A stretch of 64,000 nt of DNA from Moniliella sp. 'wahieum' (taxonomy: Eukaryota): contig RSEE01000042.1 in NCBI GenBank assembly GCA_003971905.1, forward strand, positions 124,001-188,000. Direction: 5' to 3'. The notes beneath the pieces were generated by a model. It was given only the letters and a program-made list of their open reading frames with translations, ran no database searches and was not told the DNA's origin. Below, in pieces: positions 11,716 to 25,369 of the stretch. The translations under genes and the position numbers were made by a program. The stretch's first letter is position 1. Every line of letters starts with the position of its first letter.

Positions 11716-13503
11716 TTACAGGCGGTAACGAAACGTTAGATAATCCCGGTCCGTCTTGGTTTGTGGTTCGGCTTCGGAGCCCAAGCGATCGACGTGGGGC
11801 AGGTCAGCCTCGTCGGCTGCGAACGACGCGAGGGCAGAGGGGGGCTTGCCATCAGCGGAGGAGGATGTATGCTTTGAGACGGCGGCCTCGGTCGGGGAAA
11901 CCAAAGCGGGCGAGTCCGGGAGGGTAGAGGCGTCGGAAGAAAGAAGACAGAGCCTGCGAGGCAAGTCGGTCACGCTGCGCGTTGCAATAAACAAGGTAGA
12001 CGCGCATCACCATGCTCAAGACAAATGTGATGGCATAGCAGACCATGACGGCGCAGAACGCGCCCTGGTAGTGCGGCGCTTGTTTGCCAATAAATATATG
12101 TGGGCCGGCAATGTTGGAAGCCGAGTAGAACACAAAGATGATTGCGTTGAAGGTGCTGGACTTGGTGACGCCTCGGTTGTTGGCTTGGCACAGGCCCAGC
12201 AGAGAGAAAAGTTGGCTGGCCCGACAGCGAGAAGAAAGTACCCAAACAGCTGCACGCCCCGGCTGGTGCGCGGACGTACGTAGATCAACGACGCGCCAAG
12301 GATACAGATGCACGAGCACAGCGCAATGCAATAGCAGTTGAACCGGTTCGTCTTACCCGTAAACCAACCCAGGCCGGCAATCGTCGCGGCGGCGATCACC
12401 GAGTAGGGGATATTGAGCAGCGTCGTCTATAGAGGGAGAAAACGAGAAGAAGAGATGCGCCTCAAAAGTCAGAACCACTGGCGTCTGCTGCCATGCAACC
12501 AAAACCAGCCCGAGACAAGAACGAACCTGAAGAGAGGTGAAATCAAAGCTTTCCAAAACAATGTTGGAGAAGGATTGGAGAGCGGCATTGGGCAGTTGGC
12601 ACGCCGTAGCGATGCCGATAGCAATCCAAGTTTTCGGGTCGAAGAGACACTCGCGATCTGGCGCGGGTCCCACCGTTCCTTCTCCCGGTTCCCGCTCCCC
12701 GTGCTTCGACCCGGCGGGCAATAAGGTACTTTTGGCGCTTGGTGAGAAAGCGGGCCTGGCTGATCTTCAAGGGCAAAAGAACCGTGATGCCCAAGCCACT
12801 TGGAAAAGGTCAGTTAAGGCAATGACAGAGGGAGAGCGAGGCAAAAGAAAAAGGTCTAGGGTGGTTACAACGTACTAGAGCAGTTGGCAAATGCCCAAAA
12901 TGATAAACAGCCACCGCCAGGGGGAAAGGGGGTGTTTGATATGGCCAACACCATAGGCATAAAGGGAAGAAGTCATGCCACCAATGCTGTTGCCGGCGAA
13001 CCAGGCGCCGACCCTGCGCGGCACTTCCTCGCGTGCGTAAAAGGACGAGGTGATAAACAAAAAGGAAGGGGACAAGGTCGATTCGCACAGACCCAGAAGG
13101 AGGCGACAGACGATCAAGCCGGCGTAACTCTGGCATGCGGCCGTGCATCCACCACACAACGGCACACAGCAGAACGGAGATGGGCAAGATGCGCGGTGCA
13201 TAGGGAATCACTTCGCCAGTACAGATGACAAAAAGGTAGCCAAAGTAAAAACTGACGAGACCCAGGAGTACTGCGCCGTGTTGAGGTGGGTGTCCTTGCG
13301 CAGGCCCATGACCGAGGCGAGGAGAGAATGACCTTGTCGCTGAACGCAAGCGCATACCCAGCGTGCAGGAGCGGGATCAGGATCCAATCCACGCGCCGGA
13401 CTGCCCGCTTGACCTCGGGCGTGTCGACGAGGCCATCGTACTCGTCGTCAGCGTCAGCAGAGGCGTGTGGCACCGTGGACGCTTCCCATGCTGGGTCGGA
13501 CAT
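11716..13503 (-). CDS. MFS transporter, allantoate permease (DAL5-like, anion:cation symporter family), multi-exon
   Basis: VRRVDWILIPLL, RLLLGLCES..SP....TSSFYAREE, PWRWLFII.G, FLTKRQK, SASNIAGPHIF..QAPHY..A, C-terminal TDRDYLTFRYRL. Confidence 0.88.
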
Positions 13504-15178
13504 GGCGGGTGCAGCAGACCAGCGCTGGGAAGATGGTGGGGCGAGAGCAAAGCGTGTGCCCGGGCCGATGCAAAACGGGGAAAATGTGGTTGCATGGGGG
13601 TGCGGGTGAACAGGGGACGGGGCCGTCGAGTTAGGCCGGCGTCGAGCTGTCCGACAGCCTGCTGGCCTGCCGCCGCCGTCGGCAGCAACGCTGCGACGCC
13701 CCCCGGCTATCTTTCCCACTTATCACTGGCTCGACCCCTCGGCTGCCGCTGCTGCCGCGTTCCCCCCACAGGGCCAGTCTCGACAGCCCCCCCGGCACAG
13801 GCACCAGCAGGCTCTCACTTGCACCTATCCAGAGGCAAGGTTGATGCGTGATTAATGATTCCTGGCGCCTGTCGCATGATCGACTTGATGAAAGGTCACC
13901 GATTCGAATCCTTCTCTCCGATCTCCTTCTTCGTAGCCTCCTTGGATCTTATTGGCCGGCCTTCTTTCCGTTCCCCCAGCGTATTTTTTCTGCACTGTAG
14001 TCCGGTTCTGCACTGTCGTCGTCTCTCAAGAAAAATAGTTGCTAGGGCTGCAAAAGGCCGCAGGCACCAGAGCCGCCCCACTGCCGTAGTCAGTAATGTA
14101 GTAGCGTTTGCAAAACCTAGTAGACAGGGACAAACTCTGAGCTTACCAGGCAGCCTCGCCCAGCGCCCACAGCCTGCGTGTGCTGTCACATGTCAGTACT
14201 CAGTACTCAATTGAGTACTCAGTTTCTCAGTCAGTAGCTTGTGCCGAGAAAAGCCACAAGGGGTGGGTGTCGCCAATCGGTCCGCTACCCAACTTGCAAA
14301 CTTTCCTGGAAAGACCAATAGAGAGAGAAGGCGGTTGAATTCAACGTTGATGTGTGTATTGTCGTGCATGGCCTACATACGGTTCCAGACTGCCACAGAG
14401 AGAGGTTACCGGTTATATTAGCGAGCTAAACCCTGCCTTCTTCCAAAAAGATATCTGAAGAAATGCACCGACAAGGGAAACAGCTTGAAGCTTGAAGCTT
14501 CAAGCTTGAGCTTGAGCTTAACTACCCTCGATGGCTACTTTCAAGCTCAAAGGCCTTCTGGTTTGGCCAAATCACAGCCATCTCAAGAGACAACGTTCAA
14601 CACGGTCAAAAGCGCTGCCTGTTGAACTTCATCCAACTCAACGTACTCTATCGTTGTTGCACGCTTATAAGAGCGCGCCACGGTTGGCATCGCTCTCGAC
14701 TTCAGGATTTAAACCAGCTCGATCTCGCAGGCTTTCCCCCCAACCCAAAAAGCCCACTCATCAATCAAGGTTGTGGACGGTGGGGGCGCACAGCTTCTGC
14801 CAACTCACTTATACGATCCGTGGAGGCTAGAATCTGGTTTTAGAGGATATGGTGTGGATGCAATGTGGTGAGAGGGGGGGGGGGGGGGAAGAAGAGGAAT
14901 GTGTGTGCGTGTGCGAAAAAGTAAACAAAAGGGGGGGGGGGAGCCAAAGTGCACTCCCCCAAGAGCCGATGCATATCTATCTCTCCTGGAGATGGATGAA
15001 ATCATACGAATGGCACGAGGTAGGGCCGGTTCAGGTTGGAAATCGATAGAGGCAGTATTGATCTGATCTCAGGCCATCAGACTGAAGTGGCGGAAACAGG
15101 GACATGTGATCCAGGTTGATTCGGTGTGCCTTTTGTCGTGTATACGCTTTAGCTAGCGGAGCAGATGGAGACCAAACG

Positions 15179-15892
15179 TCACACAGAATCAATACCGTCC
15201 CAAAAGGTTATCTTTTCCGAAGCGGATTCATGGCCGCACGCTTTCTTACGAGAGACCTGCTCGAAAGCGATGTCAGTACTCAGTACACACACACAAAATG
15301 ACCTAACAGGAGCTGCATACCTTGGGCAGAGAAGGAACGGGCGGTGCGGGATCAGCCCTAGCTGCCGGAGGCGGGCGTAGGTTAGCTCCCGACCGGGCCT
15401 GGCGTAGCTGGGGTTGGACTTGGCCCCACGCAGCGAAGCAGGCGAAGGCAAGACCCATGAATCGCCCAGCGTCGGATTCCGGTTGGTGTCATGCTTGTCC
15501 CCCTGATAATCGTCGCCTTCGTGAGCGTAGGAGAGCCAAGAACCTCCGGGGGCGGGTGAGAGTCGTTCTCGTGTCGGTAGGCCAACCATTTGTCCTTTTC
15601 GCCATTGATCTTGGGCGTGGAGACGAGGCGGGGTGGACTTGAGACGGACAATGCCCCGTTTCTTAGGGACATGCTCCTCCGCATCCGGCGTCAGACGTAA
15701 GACGTTCTTTCTTCGTCGGGGAGGGAGGGGATTGGCCTGCTGAGCCGAAGATTCAACTGCGTTTTGCTGTTGGGGACCGTTGCTGGTGGGGGATGCACCG
15801 TTGCGACGGGCGGGCCAGGCAGCCAGCGCACCGAATGCGGTGGCTACAGCAGCGACCGTAATGATGAATACGGCAGGCTTCTCCCCAAGCAT
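15179..15892 (-). CDS. Hypothetical protein with N-terminal hydrophobic anchor
   Basis: ATG-initiated 237-aa ORF, PAVFIITVAAVATAFGALAAW followed by a basic stretch; no family recognised; possibly spliced. Confidence 0.4.
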   Translation of the reverse strand: MLGEKPAVFIITVAAVATAFGALAAWPARRNGASPTSNGPQQQNAVESSAQQANPLPPRRRKNVLRLTPDAEEHVPKKRGIVRLKSTPPRLHAQDQWRKGQMVGLPTRERLSPAPGGSWLSYAHEGDDYQGDKHDTNRNPTLGDSWVLPSPASLRGAKSNPSYARPGRELTYARLRQLGLIPHRPFLLCPRYAAPVRSFCVCVLSTDIAFEQVSRKKACGHESASEKITFWDGIDSV

Positions 15893-16898
15893 GTCGACGA
15901 GCTGGAGGAGGGGAATGTGGTGGGGAGAGGGGCAGGGGGATGTTGGTGCAGGGAGGCCTGCTTCTGCTCAGTAGAAAAGTGGGCACGATTGGACCCAGAA
16001 AAGACCTGGGCCAGGGGCGCCACACACTGCCCCGGGGCGGGTGGGGGAGCAGGGGGGCGGGAAGGGCGCAGTGGCAGGGCGCCGCAGGCACAGCTGGAAC
16101 ACAGCGGTTGTGCTATGGGCAGGTAGGGTTGGGCCGCAACGTACGTGTTCTGGATTAGATGGCCCTATAGGACGAGAGTCTAAGAGAGACCCGGTGCCGG
16201 TTAGACAAACGGGGGATCTCGGGCTGGCTGGGGGAGGCGTTGCTTGAGGCTGAAGCAGGGAGTCGGAAACGGCCGGGTGGAGCTTGGAGCTAACTGTCAA
16301 CGCCCAGACACACAGACAGACACTCACGGACTCACAGGCTGACGCTTGAGCTCAAGCTTGAGCCGAAGAGGCAGCCTGGGAACCCAATCTCGCCCTCCCA
16401 ACCCGGGAGAAAGCGAAGGCGGAACAGCCATTGGATTCCGCGCAGACGAGCGTCCATCGACCTGCTCAGGCAGGGGGGGTAGGTAAGCGGGCGGTGATGC
16501 TGCTGGGTGGAGAGGTTGACGTCTGGATTCGGTGGTTGAACGATGAGATTCTGAGATTAGATAGGATGGATACGATGTGTTTCCCACATGGCCTGCTGTG
16601 CACCCTGGCGGGCTGCCACGCTTCACCAGGCAAGAGAGGCGGATGACGTCAGCACTGGCCGCAGCCAGCGTCGTTTGAGCAACGCAGCGGCAGCAGCCAG
16701 CGATCAGCGATCAACAAGCAGCGATCAGCGGCCGTCCACATGCGTGCCTTGGACTGGCTGGGGGCATGTGACATGTGACATGTGGCACCGCCCTACACAT
16801 CACACCCAGTCACATCACACCACCGCATCTCCTGTAGCCACTCCGCACCCCCCTCGCAGTCAGCCCCACCACCACCGCCCCCCCCCCCGGCCGTCGCC

Positions 16899-19800
16899 AT
16901 GGCCCCACCCCAACGCCCCCCCGGCCACGTCCGGACCCCCCTCTGACCCCCTCGCCCTCCCCCCTGCGCGCTCACTACTTGAAGAAGGAGCTCATCCGCC
17001 GCGCCATCTCGGCCGAGATCACCGCCCTCGCCCGCCCCGACGCCCTCGCCCTCCTCGGCCCGCCCTTCCGTCCACTCCCCGCCCACGCGCCTCCACCTAC
17101 CACGAGAGACCTCCCCATCCTGCGCTTTGTCTTCCACCACTTCATCCTCACCTTCCCGCTCCTCCGCCATGCCCCACCCAGCTTCTACGCCGACAAGATC
17201 CAAGTGTTTGCCGACCAGATGCTCGCCCGCAATCTGTCTTCCTCCCACGACCGCGAGGAGGATACGAAGCGCCGCCGTCTTGCTTGCGTCTGCAGCGCTA
17301 CTTTTCCCTCCTGCTCTCCTCTGCCATCGCTACCCAGCCCCCCGAGGAGGTGGTGCGTCTGTCCGCCGCCGACTCCCAGCGCCTGGCCGCGTCCGAGCTG
17401 CAGGCCGCCGACACAGCGGCGCGGGAGGGCCAGGCGTTATTTGACGTGAACATTGTCGCTGTCCGTGTGGTTTCCGAAAGAGGCATTGTCCCTCGCAAAA
17501 GGAGCCACGATCAATTCCTCGTCCGCACCCGTCGTGGCCTCACCCTCGACACGATTGAAGAGACCATTGTAGCGCGACGCTATGGACTTTGGTCGGCTGG
17601 CCGATACGTTGCGCACGCAGTTCCCCGAGTTGATGTGCCCGTTCCGCCGAACAAGGATCGAAGCCAGACGCGCTACTACGATGACGAGGGGCCCGATGCT
17701 GGCCCGGCAGGGCGGGGCGCTATGGAGGCCGGGGAACAAGAGATGACCAAACTGTCACGTGAAACGAATCGGTTGACGCTCCGAGCCTTTCTGCGCACCC
17801 TCCTATCCACCCCTCAACTCGCCGATTCCGCCACGATGCGCGTCTTTCTTCTCGACAATCCGACCAAGCTGATGGCCGACGAGAAGCGTGACGCTGCCGC
17901 TCGGGAAGCGCTGGACCAATGCCGTCAAACCGAAGCCGCCCGCTTTGCCGCCGAGACGACGGCTCGGGTGGAGGCACTTCAGTCCCACCTGGCTGCGTTT
18001 AAAGCAGACCTGGTACAGCCCGATGGTCTTGCGCGCGTCTTTGCTACGATCAAGCGGATTCCCAAGATGCCCAGCTCCCGCCCTCCTACCGCGCCGTCAT
18101 TGCCTGGGCGCGCATTTCGGCCGCCAGTACCCTGTTTCACATGTTCCGCGAGGCGACCGATCGTCCGAGCTTCTGTCCCAGCTCAAGCATCTTCACTCCA
18201 TGATGCCCTACCGCATGTTGCGCGGCATTCTCAAAATTTCCAACCCGGTCGCGATGATCCGTGCGGGCTGGATCTGTTCCTAGCCCAGCCGTTTGGGCAA
18301 AAGTCGTTGATTCAGCGCATGTTTTTATCGGGCTTGAGCGAGGAGATTCGGGAACTGTACAATGTCCAAGAGGCGATTGAGGACAAAATTGACGACCTGG
18401 ACCTGGCCGAACGGGTGTACACGTACGTCGACCTTGAGCCTGCGGACCAAGAGCGGGTGCGGGCGCAGTCGGAGAAGCCAGGCTGGGACCTGATTACCGC
18501 CATTCTCCGCTCGCCGCTTGGGCCTGCGCTGGCACGAGACCAGATTCATCGTTGTACCCTGGCGGCGGCATCTACTCACGGTACATGCGCTACCGCGAGC
18601 ATCTCGCCGCTCGGGGCCGTTTGGATGAAGATCCTGGACCGCCCGATGACTCGGCGTGGCTGTTTGAGGACCTTCATGTACTGCTGCGTACCGCGATTCG
18701 ATCGCGGACAAGGAGCAGATGCTCGCCTTGCTCTCCGAGACCCTTACCGCGACCTTGCTTAAGGACGTGGTGACCATCCTCTACACGCCCTTGGCTCAAG
18801 TGTACAAAGCGGCCAACATTGCGGATTCCTTGGGGGACCTGCAAGTGTTCATCTCGGATCTCATCGCTACGGTGGAGGACTGGATCGGCACTATGCCGTG
18901 TCTGCCCGGGCGCGGGGGGGCACAACATACGGTGCAGGTCTTTATTGATCTGGTGGCGCGGCACGAGCAAGCGTTTTATACGTTTGTGTACAATGTTCAT
19001 TCGCGTGGGGCCGGGCTGTTTGATGGGCTGATGGAGTGGATCCAACGTTCATCAATCTCGTCCGTGGTCCCGACGTGGTTACTTCGGACCAGGCCACCGA
19101 CCAGCCTGGTACTGATCCTGCCCTGAACCGGCGCACCCGTCCAATCGCGGCGGAGGGCTGGGCACAATCGATCTGGAAATCCTATTGCCCGTCGCGCCGG
19201 CTCAACGAGCGGTGCTGATGGGAGATGGACCAACTGGTGGACCATGCGTACCGAACCAAGCTCGCAAGAGAAGCCAAGGTACGGAACAAACTTGTGCGGC
19301 AAAAAGTGGCGTCGGAAGCGGAGCAACTGTTGGCCGGCCCGCAAGGAAACGCTTCCCAAGACATGGAGCACGGTGGACGATGCTCAGTTCTCAGAAGAGG
19401 TGATGAAGCACTTTGGGTTTGGTGGTGCGGTGCGGGACGAGGTGGTGGAAGCGACGTTGGATGGAGTGGCGGACTCTGAGTCGTCCGACTCGTCCGACGA
19501 CGACTGGGACTGGGACGAGGAGGAAGTGCCTCCTGCGCCGGGCCCGACGATCGTAGATGCATGGGGGAACCACGTCGTGGCTGCGTCTGGCCCGCGACGC
19601 AAGAAGGAAGTGGCCAGGAGGGGGGACCCTGAACTGCCCGAGTTGACAGCCATTCCCGAGCTGGTACCCATGTTTATTGAGCTGGTGCGTCCCTTGCCTA
19701 CTGCTGTTGCGAACGACGACCAAGTACTAACTGACATGGACACCGATCCCCAATCTTCACAGCTGCGACCCATGCTGCGCAACCCTGCCTTCCTCCTCTC

Positions 19801-20524
19801 CGCCCGTTCCCGTACTGGTACTGGTACTGGCGTCCCTCCGCCCGAGGAGCCGGCACACGATCCGTGTCCACCCCACCAGTCACGACCTCTTGGCTCTCAG
19901 ACCTCGTCCACTCGCCCGTCTCACCGGCGTCTCCTCCGCGACCTCCCCAACCTCCCCTTCTCAAGGATGGGCCTCCTTCCTCGGCCTGGGCCGGGCCAGC
20001 TCGCCACCGCCGCGTGTGCCCAGTCCACGGCTGCGCGCCTCCCCGGCTCCCCTGGCCCAAGGGGCCGTGGCAACCTCCCACCGCGCCATGTCGGTCGGCC
20101 AAGCGACTAGTGCTTCGCCTGTGCCCCCACCGGTCCGCCCCCACCCCCACCCGCCTTCCTCGCCCGCCCGAGTCCATCTCACCCCACCACTCCTTTGACT
20201 ACCACGTTGCCCTTGGACTCCGCCCCTTCGTCCTCGTCCTCGTCGCTGGCATCGGCATCGGCGTCGGCATCAGCATCGGCGTCGGCATCAGCTTCGGCGT
20301 CGGCATCAGCTTCGGCATTGGCATCAGCGTCGGTCTCGGTCTCGCCACCCGTCTCGGCTTTGGCGTTGGCATCGGTCTCGTCCCCGCCACCGCCACCGCC
20401 ACCGATCCGAGCTCCGCCGCCGCCGCCTCCGACTTATGCCCCTCCCGCCGCTCCCGGGTCCGGACCGGCTGTGCCACCAAAGCTGTCGTACCAGCCGCGT
20501 GCGCGGCAGGCCGGAGGAACTTAA
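16899..20524 (+). CDS. PX-domain / PX-associated / DUF3818 protein (yeast YPR097W/Lec1-like) with Pro/Ser-Ala tail
   Basis: HYLKKELI, DLPILRFVFHHFILTFPLL, RETNRLTLRAFLRTLL, LDLFLAQPFGQKSLIQRM, KDVVTILYTPLAQVYKAANI, FIDLVARHEQAFYTFV. Confidence 0.85.
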
Positions 20525-20546
20525 CCTTCTCCAACACTTAACTTGA

Positions 20547-20608
20547 CCGGTTGCCTTTCCCGGTTGCCTTTCCCGGTTGTCTTTACCGATTGCCTTTACC
20601 GGTTGCCT
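20547..20608. repeat. About 4.5 copies of a 13-bp unit (CCGGTTGCCTTT[C/A]) just after the PX-gene stop
   Basis: accggttgcctttcccggttgcctttcccggttgtctttaccgattgcctttaccggttgcc. Confidence 0.85.
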
Positions 20609-21349
20609 AGTTCTTTCCCTTATCTTATGGACGGCGGTAGGGCGGTTACGGTCGACGGAAGCGCAGCGCAATACGGACGCGCTCAGAGGCAAGTGGCCAG
20701 TGGCAAGCCAAGCGGCACGCCTGTCGTGTGGATCGGGTCAATACTTGGTACAAATTCTTCCAACTCACGCCTTCACGTTCCAGGTGTCTAGTGTATACAT
20801 GTAGGTAGGTAGGTGGGAGGGGAAGGGTTGGGAGGGGAAGGGAATCGGCTAGCATCTGCACCAATCAATATCCAATCCGCCTTGCCCGAGGGTTGCGCAG
20901 GACGAAGTGGGGCTGGGGTCGGAGCAGTGGTGAGGGGCGAGGAGTGAGCCTCACCGCACGGGCAAGCCAGCACGGCCACGCGGCACCTGGGGCAACGCGA
21001 ACGGGGCCTCACTCCGATCTCACCTCAAGCGTCAAACTTCGCTTCAAGCTTCAAGGCGGAGCCTCAGCTGGACAAACAGGTAGCTGCCTTTACGCCATAC
21101 CCCGCATCGGTCCCATCCGGCCCGGGCCGGACCTGGGCGGTATTGGACCCCGATATGGCCCGAGAGGAGAGAAGAGGGGGAAAGGAGGAAAGGGGAGGAA
21201 GGTAGACCGTGTCCGACGTCCACGTGCACCGCGGACAAGAGGACATGGGTCGGGATCTCATGAAGCCTGTCGCGGTCCCTGGTCCCCTAGTTCCCTAGTT
21301 CCCTAGTTCCCCTGTTCCCTTGTCCTGGTTGCCTGGTTGCCTGGCCGGG

Positions 21350-24160
21350 TCAGCGAAACGTGTACAACGCCGGATCAAACACATCGACCATTTCGCGGGG
21401 GACGGAGGAATCCCACAGCGCCGTATCGCGATTCAAGCTCTGCCGAATTAGGGCCTGGATGTCCGAGTCGAGGGCCAACGTGTCCGGCTGTGCCGGGGGC
21501 GGGGGGAAGGAGCTAGAGGGAGGTCGGGGCGGTGAGAGAGGGGCGAGAGAGAAGTACGGCCGCGCTGGTTCGCAGTCGAAGTGGAAGTGGACGTGGAATT
21601 GGAATTGGAATTGGAATTGGAAGTGGATGTGGACGTGGAAGGTGGCGGTGGGGGCGAGGCAGGGGAAGGAGGGTCGTTGGGCATAGGGATCCACGAGAGC
21701 AACTCGGCGTACATTGTGTTGGCCATCATGGTGTTGGGTGGAGCTATCCAGTCGTCCGTTTCCCCCCCGCCTTGGGCAGAGGAAGGCAAGGCGGCATCAG
21801 CCGTGGTTTCCGAGGTGGTCCGATGCAAACCAGACGGTGCGTCCGAGGTGGACGGTTCTTTGCTCTGGCTCGGCTCCATCCTGCCGGCCGAGAAGGGACG
21901 GAGAGCCAGTTCGCCGCCAAACCCAAGAGGGGACGTGGCCTTGTGGTGCGCATGGTTGGTCGTGGGGGGACGTTTGCGCTTGGATCCTGGCGGTTGGGGC
22001 GTAGGCGGCGGGTTGGGAGCCGTCGGGCTGGCAGCATGGACCCCCGACTCGAGAGGGACCGTGGTGGGTTAGGGATTGGTGGGCCCAAGTCAACGGGCAA
22101 CTGAGCTGCGACTTCTTCAAGTGCGCGCTTGTGCTTTTCCGCAATGGGCCAGGTAATCGCCATCTCAGCGAGCCAGGTGAGGCAGCGTCGAACCCCATGC
22201 TTGCACTCGTGCACCATCACGGGCAAGAGCGAGTCGTGCGTCGAATACGGCAACAGGACCGACGCCGCAGTGAAGATGGCCAACGCATTGTTGCCCGCAA
22301 TAAACCGCAGACCGGAATCGGCAATCGTCTCAAACAGCTGCACGATGGCCGAGGCCGAAGCAAGGCATGCCGTGGCGGCGACAGCCGAGATGGTATGAGG
22401 AATGCCAGCCGCTGCCGCTGCCGAGGCGGGCAACTCCTTCATCAGAAAAACGGACGAAAGTTGATGATCTTGCACAGATGGAACCAGATCACGAGACACA
22501 CCACGCCTGGCACTGCTGGTCGCCCATCGCGCGAAAGGCGGAACCGTTCGGGCCAGGACGAAGCTACCTCATTCAACTTTAGGTCCAGTTCGATGCACCG
22601 CGCCCACGATGCCACCTGCATCTCCGTCCCACCCGTGCTGGGGGGCGTGGGGCTGCTGCTGGTCGAAGGGGAAGAAAGGAGGGCGCTGGTAGCTTGCTGG
22701 GTCGCCATCTGGTTCAGCAGAATGAGCTCCAGGACCTGGTAAATGCGAGCGGTAAGATTGAGGCTGCTGGCCGCATGCAACGGTCCGAGGGTTTGGGAGC
22801 GCGACGAGTCAGGCATGAGGACCGAATGAAGAACAGGGGTTCAAACTCGTCCGACTCGATCTCCGACACGGGAGGGCTTGGATCAGATCGTTGCGGAACA
22901 TGGGGGGACGGTCAGTCTCGGCACACAAGACCTTCTCCAAGCAAAAGCAGCACCACAGTGCACGAAGCTGGGCTTGACGAAGAGAAGGACCGGGCTCGCC
23001 CTTGTTCGATGCCGGGGGTTGGGCACGGTAAAGACCCATGTCAACTGCCAGTTGGCTGGCCGAGGAGCTAAAACGCCAGGCGCGGCGCAGGTCGCCCGCA
23101 CCATAGAAACGGATCGAATGGAGCAAGAGGGCCTGCAGGACCGTAATGGGAGGCCGGCGCACCGCCAGAGACGACAAGGTTTGCTGCGCCGAGTGCTCCG
23201 AGAGGGCGACGGCATAAGCCCGATCCTGGGGCTTTCCACTGGCGCTTGCGGCCAAGGTAGCGCCGAGGCAGACAACCGCCGAGAAGAGCGGCTCCGGCAC
23301 GTCCCGCTCCAAGTCTTGTTCGGGAATGAGCGAGATGGCGGGCCAGTAGAGAAATGGCCAGTGGGAGTGCATGTGGCGACGGTATATGTCAAAGTAGTGG
23401 CCAACAACCTTGGAAGAGAGCTTGTGGGGGTCAGGGCGGTAGGCCGGGGACTGCAGGGACGCATCTGCGGTGCGCGTAGCCGCGGAAGCTACCGACACGG
23501 GCTCGGTGGGAGACGAAGTGGAACGCTGGTCGTCCTCCTCGTCTGTGGTGTTTGGGAGCGAGGCCTCTGCGAGGTACTGGCTCTTCTCTCGGCTGCGCTC
23601 GTAGAGGTGTTGGCGTATGCGGCTGGCCTCGGCCATGGCAACGCCCACGGCCGACGTGGAGGGCGGAGAGCCAGGGTCGGGCGGAGAGTGCGATGCGGGC
23701 GGGAGCGCGTCGTCGGCTGGAGCGGATCGGGCGATGGTGTGGCGCGCGGGCGCTTGGCAGGGCGCGGGCCGGGGCGGGTGTCGGAGGGGCCGGGCAGCCC
23801 GCCGAACTCGGCACGCGGGATGGGCGCATCGGGGGAGAGGCTCTGGGCGGTGGGACGCGCCCAGGCAGCGGAGGGTTCGGTGGCCGCAGCGGCGGCGGCA
23901 GCTTCAGCAGCAGCAGCAGCGGCGGCTCGCTCGGCGACCACCTTGGCGGTTGGGCGGCCGCGGCGGCGGCCCGAGTCGACGTAGAGGCATTCGATGCCGG
24001 CCTTGTTGCAGGGGGAGCAGCAGGGATAGAGGGCGTCGCACTTCTTTTTGATGCTGGCGCAGCGGACACACGCCTTGGCCGAGCGCGGGGCGGGGCGTGG
24101 TTTGGGGTCGGGCGGGGGGGCAGGGCCGGTGGTGGGGGCGCTGGCGGAGGGCGCCTCCAT
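21350..24160 (-). CDS. Zn(II)2Cys6 transcription factor with fungal-specific TF middle domain
   Basis: ACVRCASIKKKCDALYPCCSPCNKAGIECLY; YRRHMHSHWPFL; AWRFSSSASQLAVDMGLYR; RALWCCFCLEK. Confidence 0.92.
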
Positions 24161-25369
24161 GGAGGCGAGGGGCAGGCGGGCGGACAGGAGGAGGAGGAGG
24201 AGGAGGACGCGGGCGAAGAGGCGAAGGGCGCTGTGGAGGGTGGAGGCGTTGGGCTTGAAATTGAAGGTTCTGCGTATCAGTATTGAGTACTAGTCTCAGG
24301 CCTCATTAATCAAACCCGCCTGGCTGCCGCTGGGCGACGCTGGGCTGCCTGCGCCCCCCTGCCGCCGCCCGCCACTGGCCCCGTGCTGGGGGTGCGCGTG
24401 GCACGGGGGCAGCTGGCCCCTGCTCGTTTCAAATTGCACGCGTGGCGGCGGGCAGCACAGCGCTGTTGCATGTCACATGTCACACTCGCCAGCCAGATCC
24501 CAACAGATAGCCGCACCGCAGCAGAAGAACTGCGCCCCAGCGTGTCGCTTCCTGGGGCCTCCCTATTAGCCACTAGCCACTAGTCACTGGCCTCAGCCAC
24601 ACCAACCCCCTAGCACTACCTCCCCCCCTCCCCCAGACGAAGATATATCCCTTGCCAGCCGCGTCAACTCACCGTGCAAGTGACTCAAAACTCAACGTTC
24701 AAGTTGAACTCAACAACACTCTTCAGCTTGAAGGTTTTGAGCACCTTGAGTACTTGAGTATTACTCAGTGCGTTCACTACACACTGTCACTAGCCTGTCA
24801 CCCGCACTCCCGACAGGTCCCAACTCTCCCTAGCACGCCTCGCCCCAAGAGAAGCCGAAAAGCCCCGCCCCCCAGCTGCGTCATGCATTGTGCGTCACAT
24901 GTCACGGGTCTTCCACATGCATCACCCTCCATCCTCATCCATCAGCCAGCAGTTTCGCCTGTGCCGATTGCATGTCGCTCGGTATCATCATCACATACTT
25001 GCCACACAGCAGCGAGGTGTCTTCCGTTGCTGTGTCCTCGCTGCATCCTTTCATTCTCTCTCCTTTTTTGTGCAGCAAGCGCAACAGCCACACATCCCAG
25101 GGCCCTCCTGGTGGCACGAGCGAGAGACGAAGGATATACATCTCGTCTGCTTGGCGTCACGTTGACAGCGACACAGAGCCCCATCACTCACTGAGAGCAA
25201 AAGCGACCGTACCACCTCGAATACACAGCATCAGGGAGAATATATAAACGCAGCTTCAACCACAATCCTGTGCACTGTTGGTGGCCCTTCCAACAGAGCC
25301 GAGTGCCAAGTACACCTCACTCTTTCCCACATCGCATACACCTTCTCTTCTCGCCAGCAGAGTATCATT

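Noticed and set aside
14870..14942. Poly-G tracts (also ~3200) as G-quadruplex elements
   Set aside because: Simple homopolymers whose length is unreliable in an indel-prone assembly, with no further support.
22878..23984. Long antisense or overlapping ORFs (e.g. 368 aa on + opposite the Zn2Cys6 gene)
   Set aside because: Expected shadow ORFs in high-GC coding DNA, with no recognisable domains.
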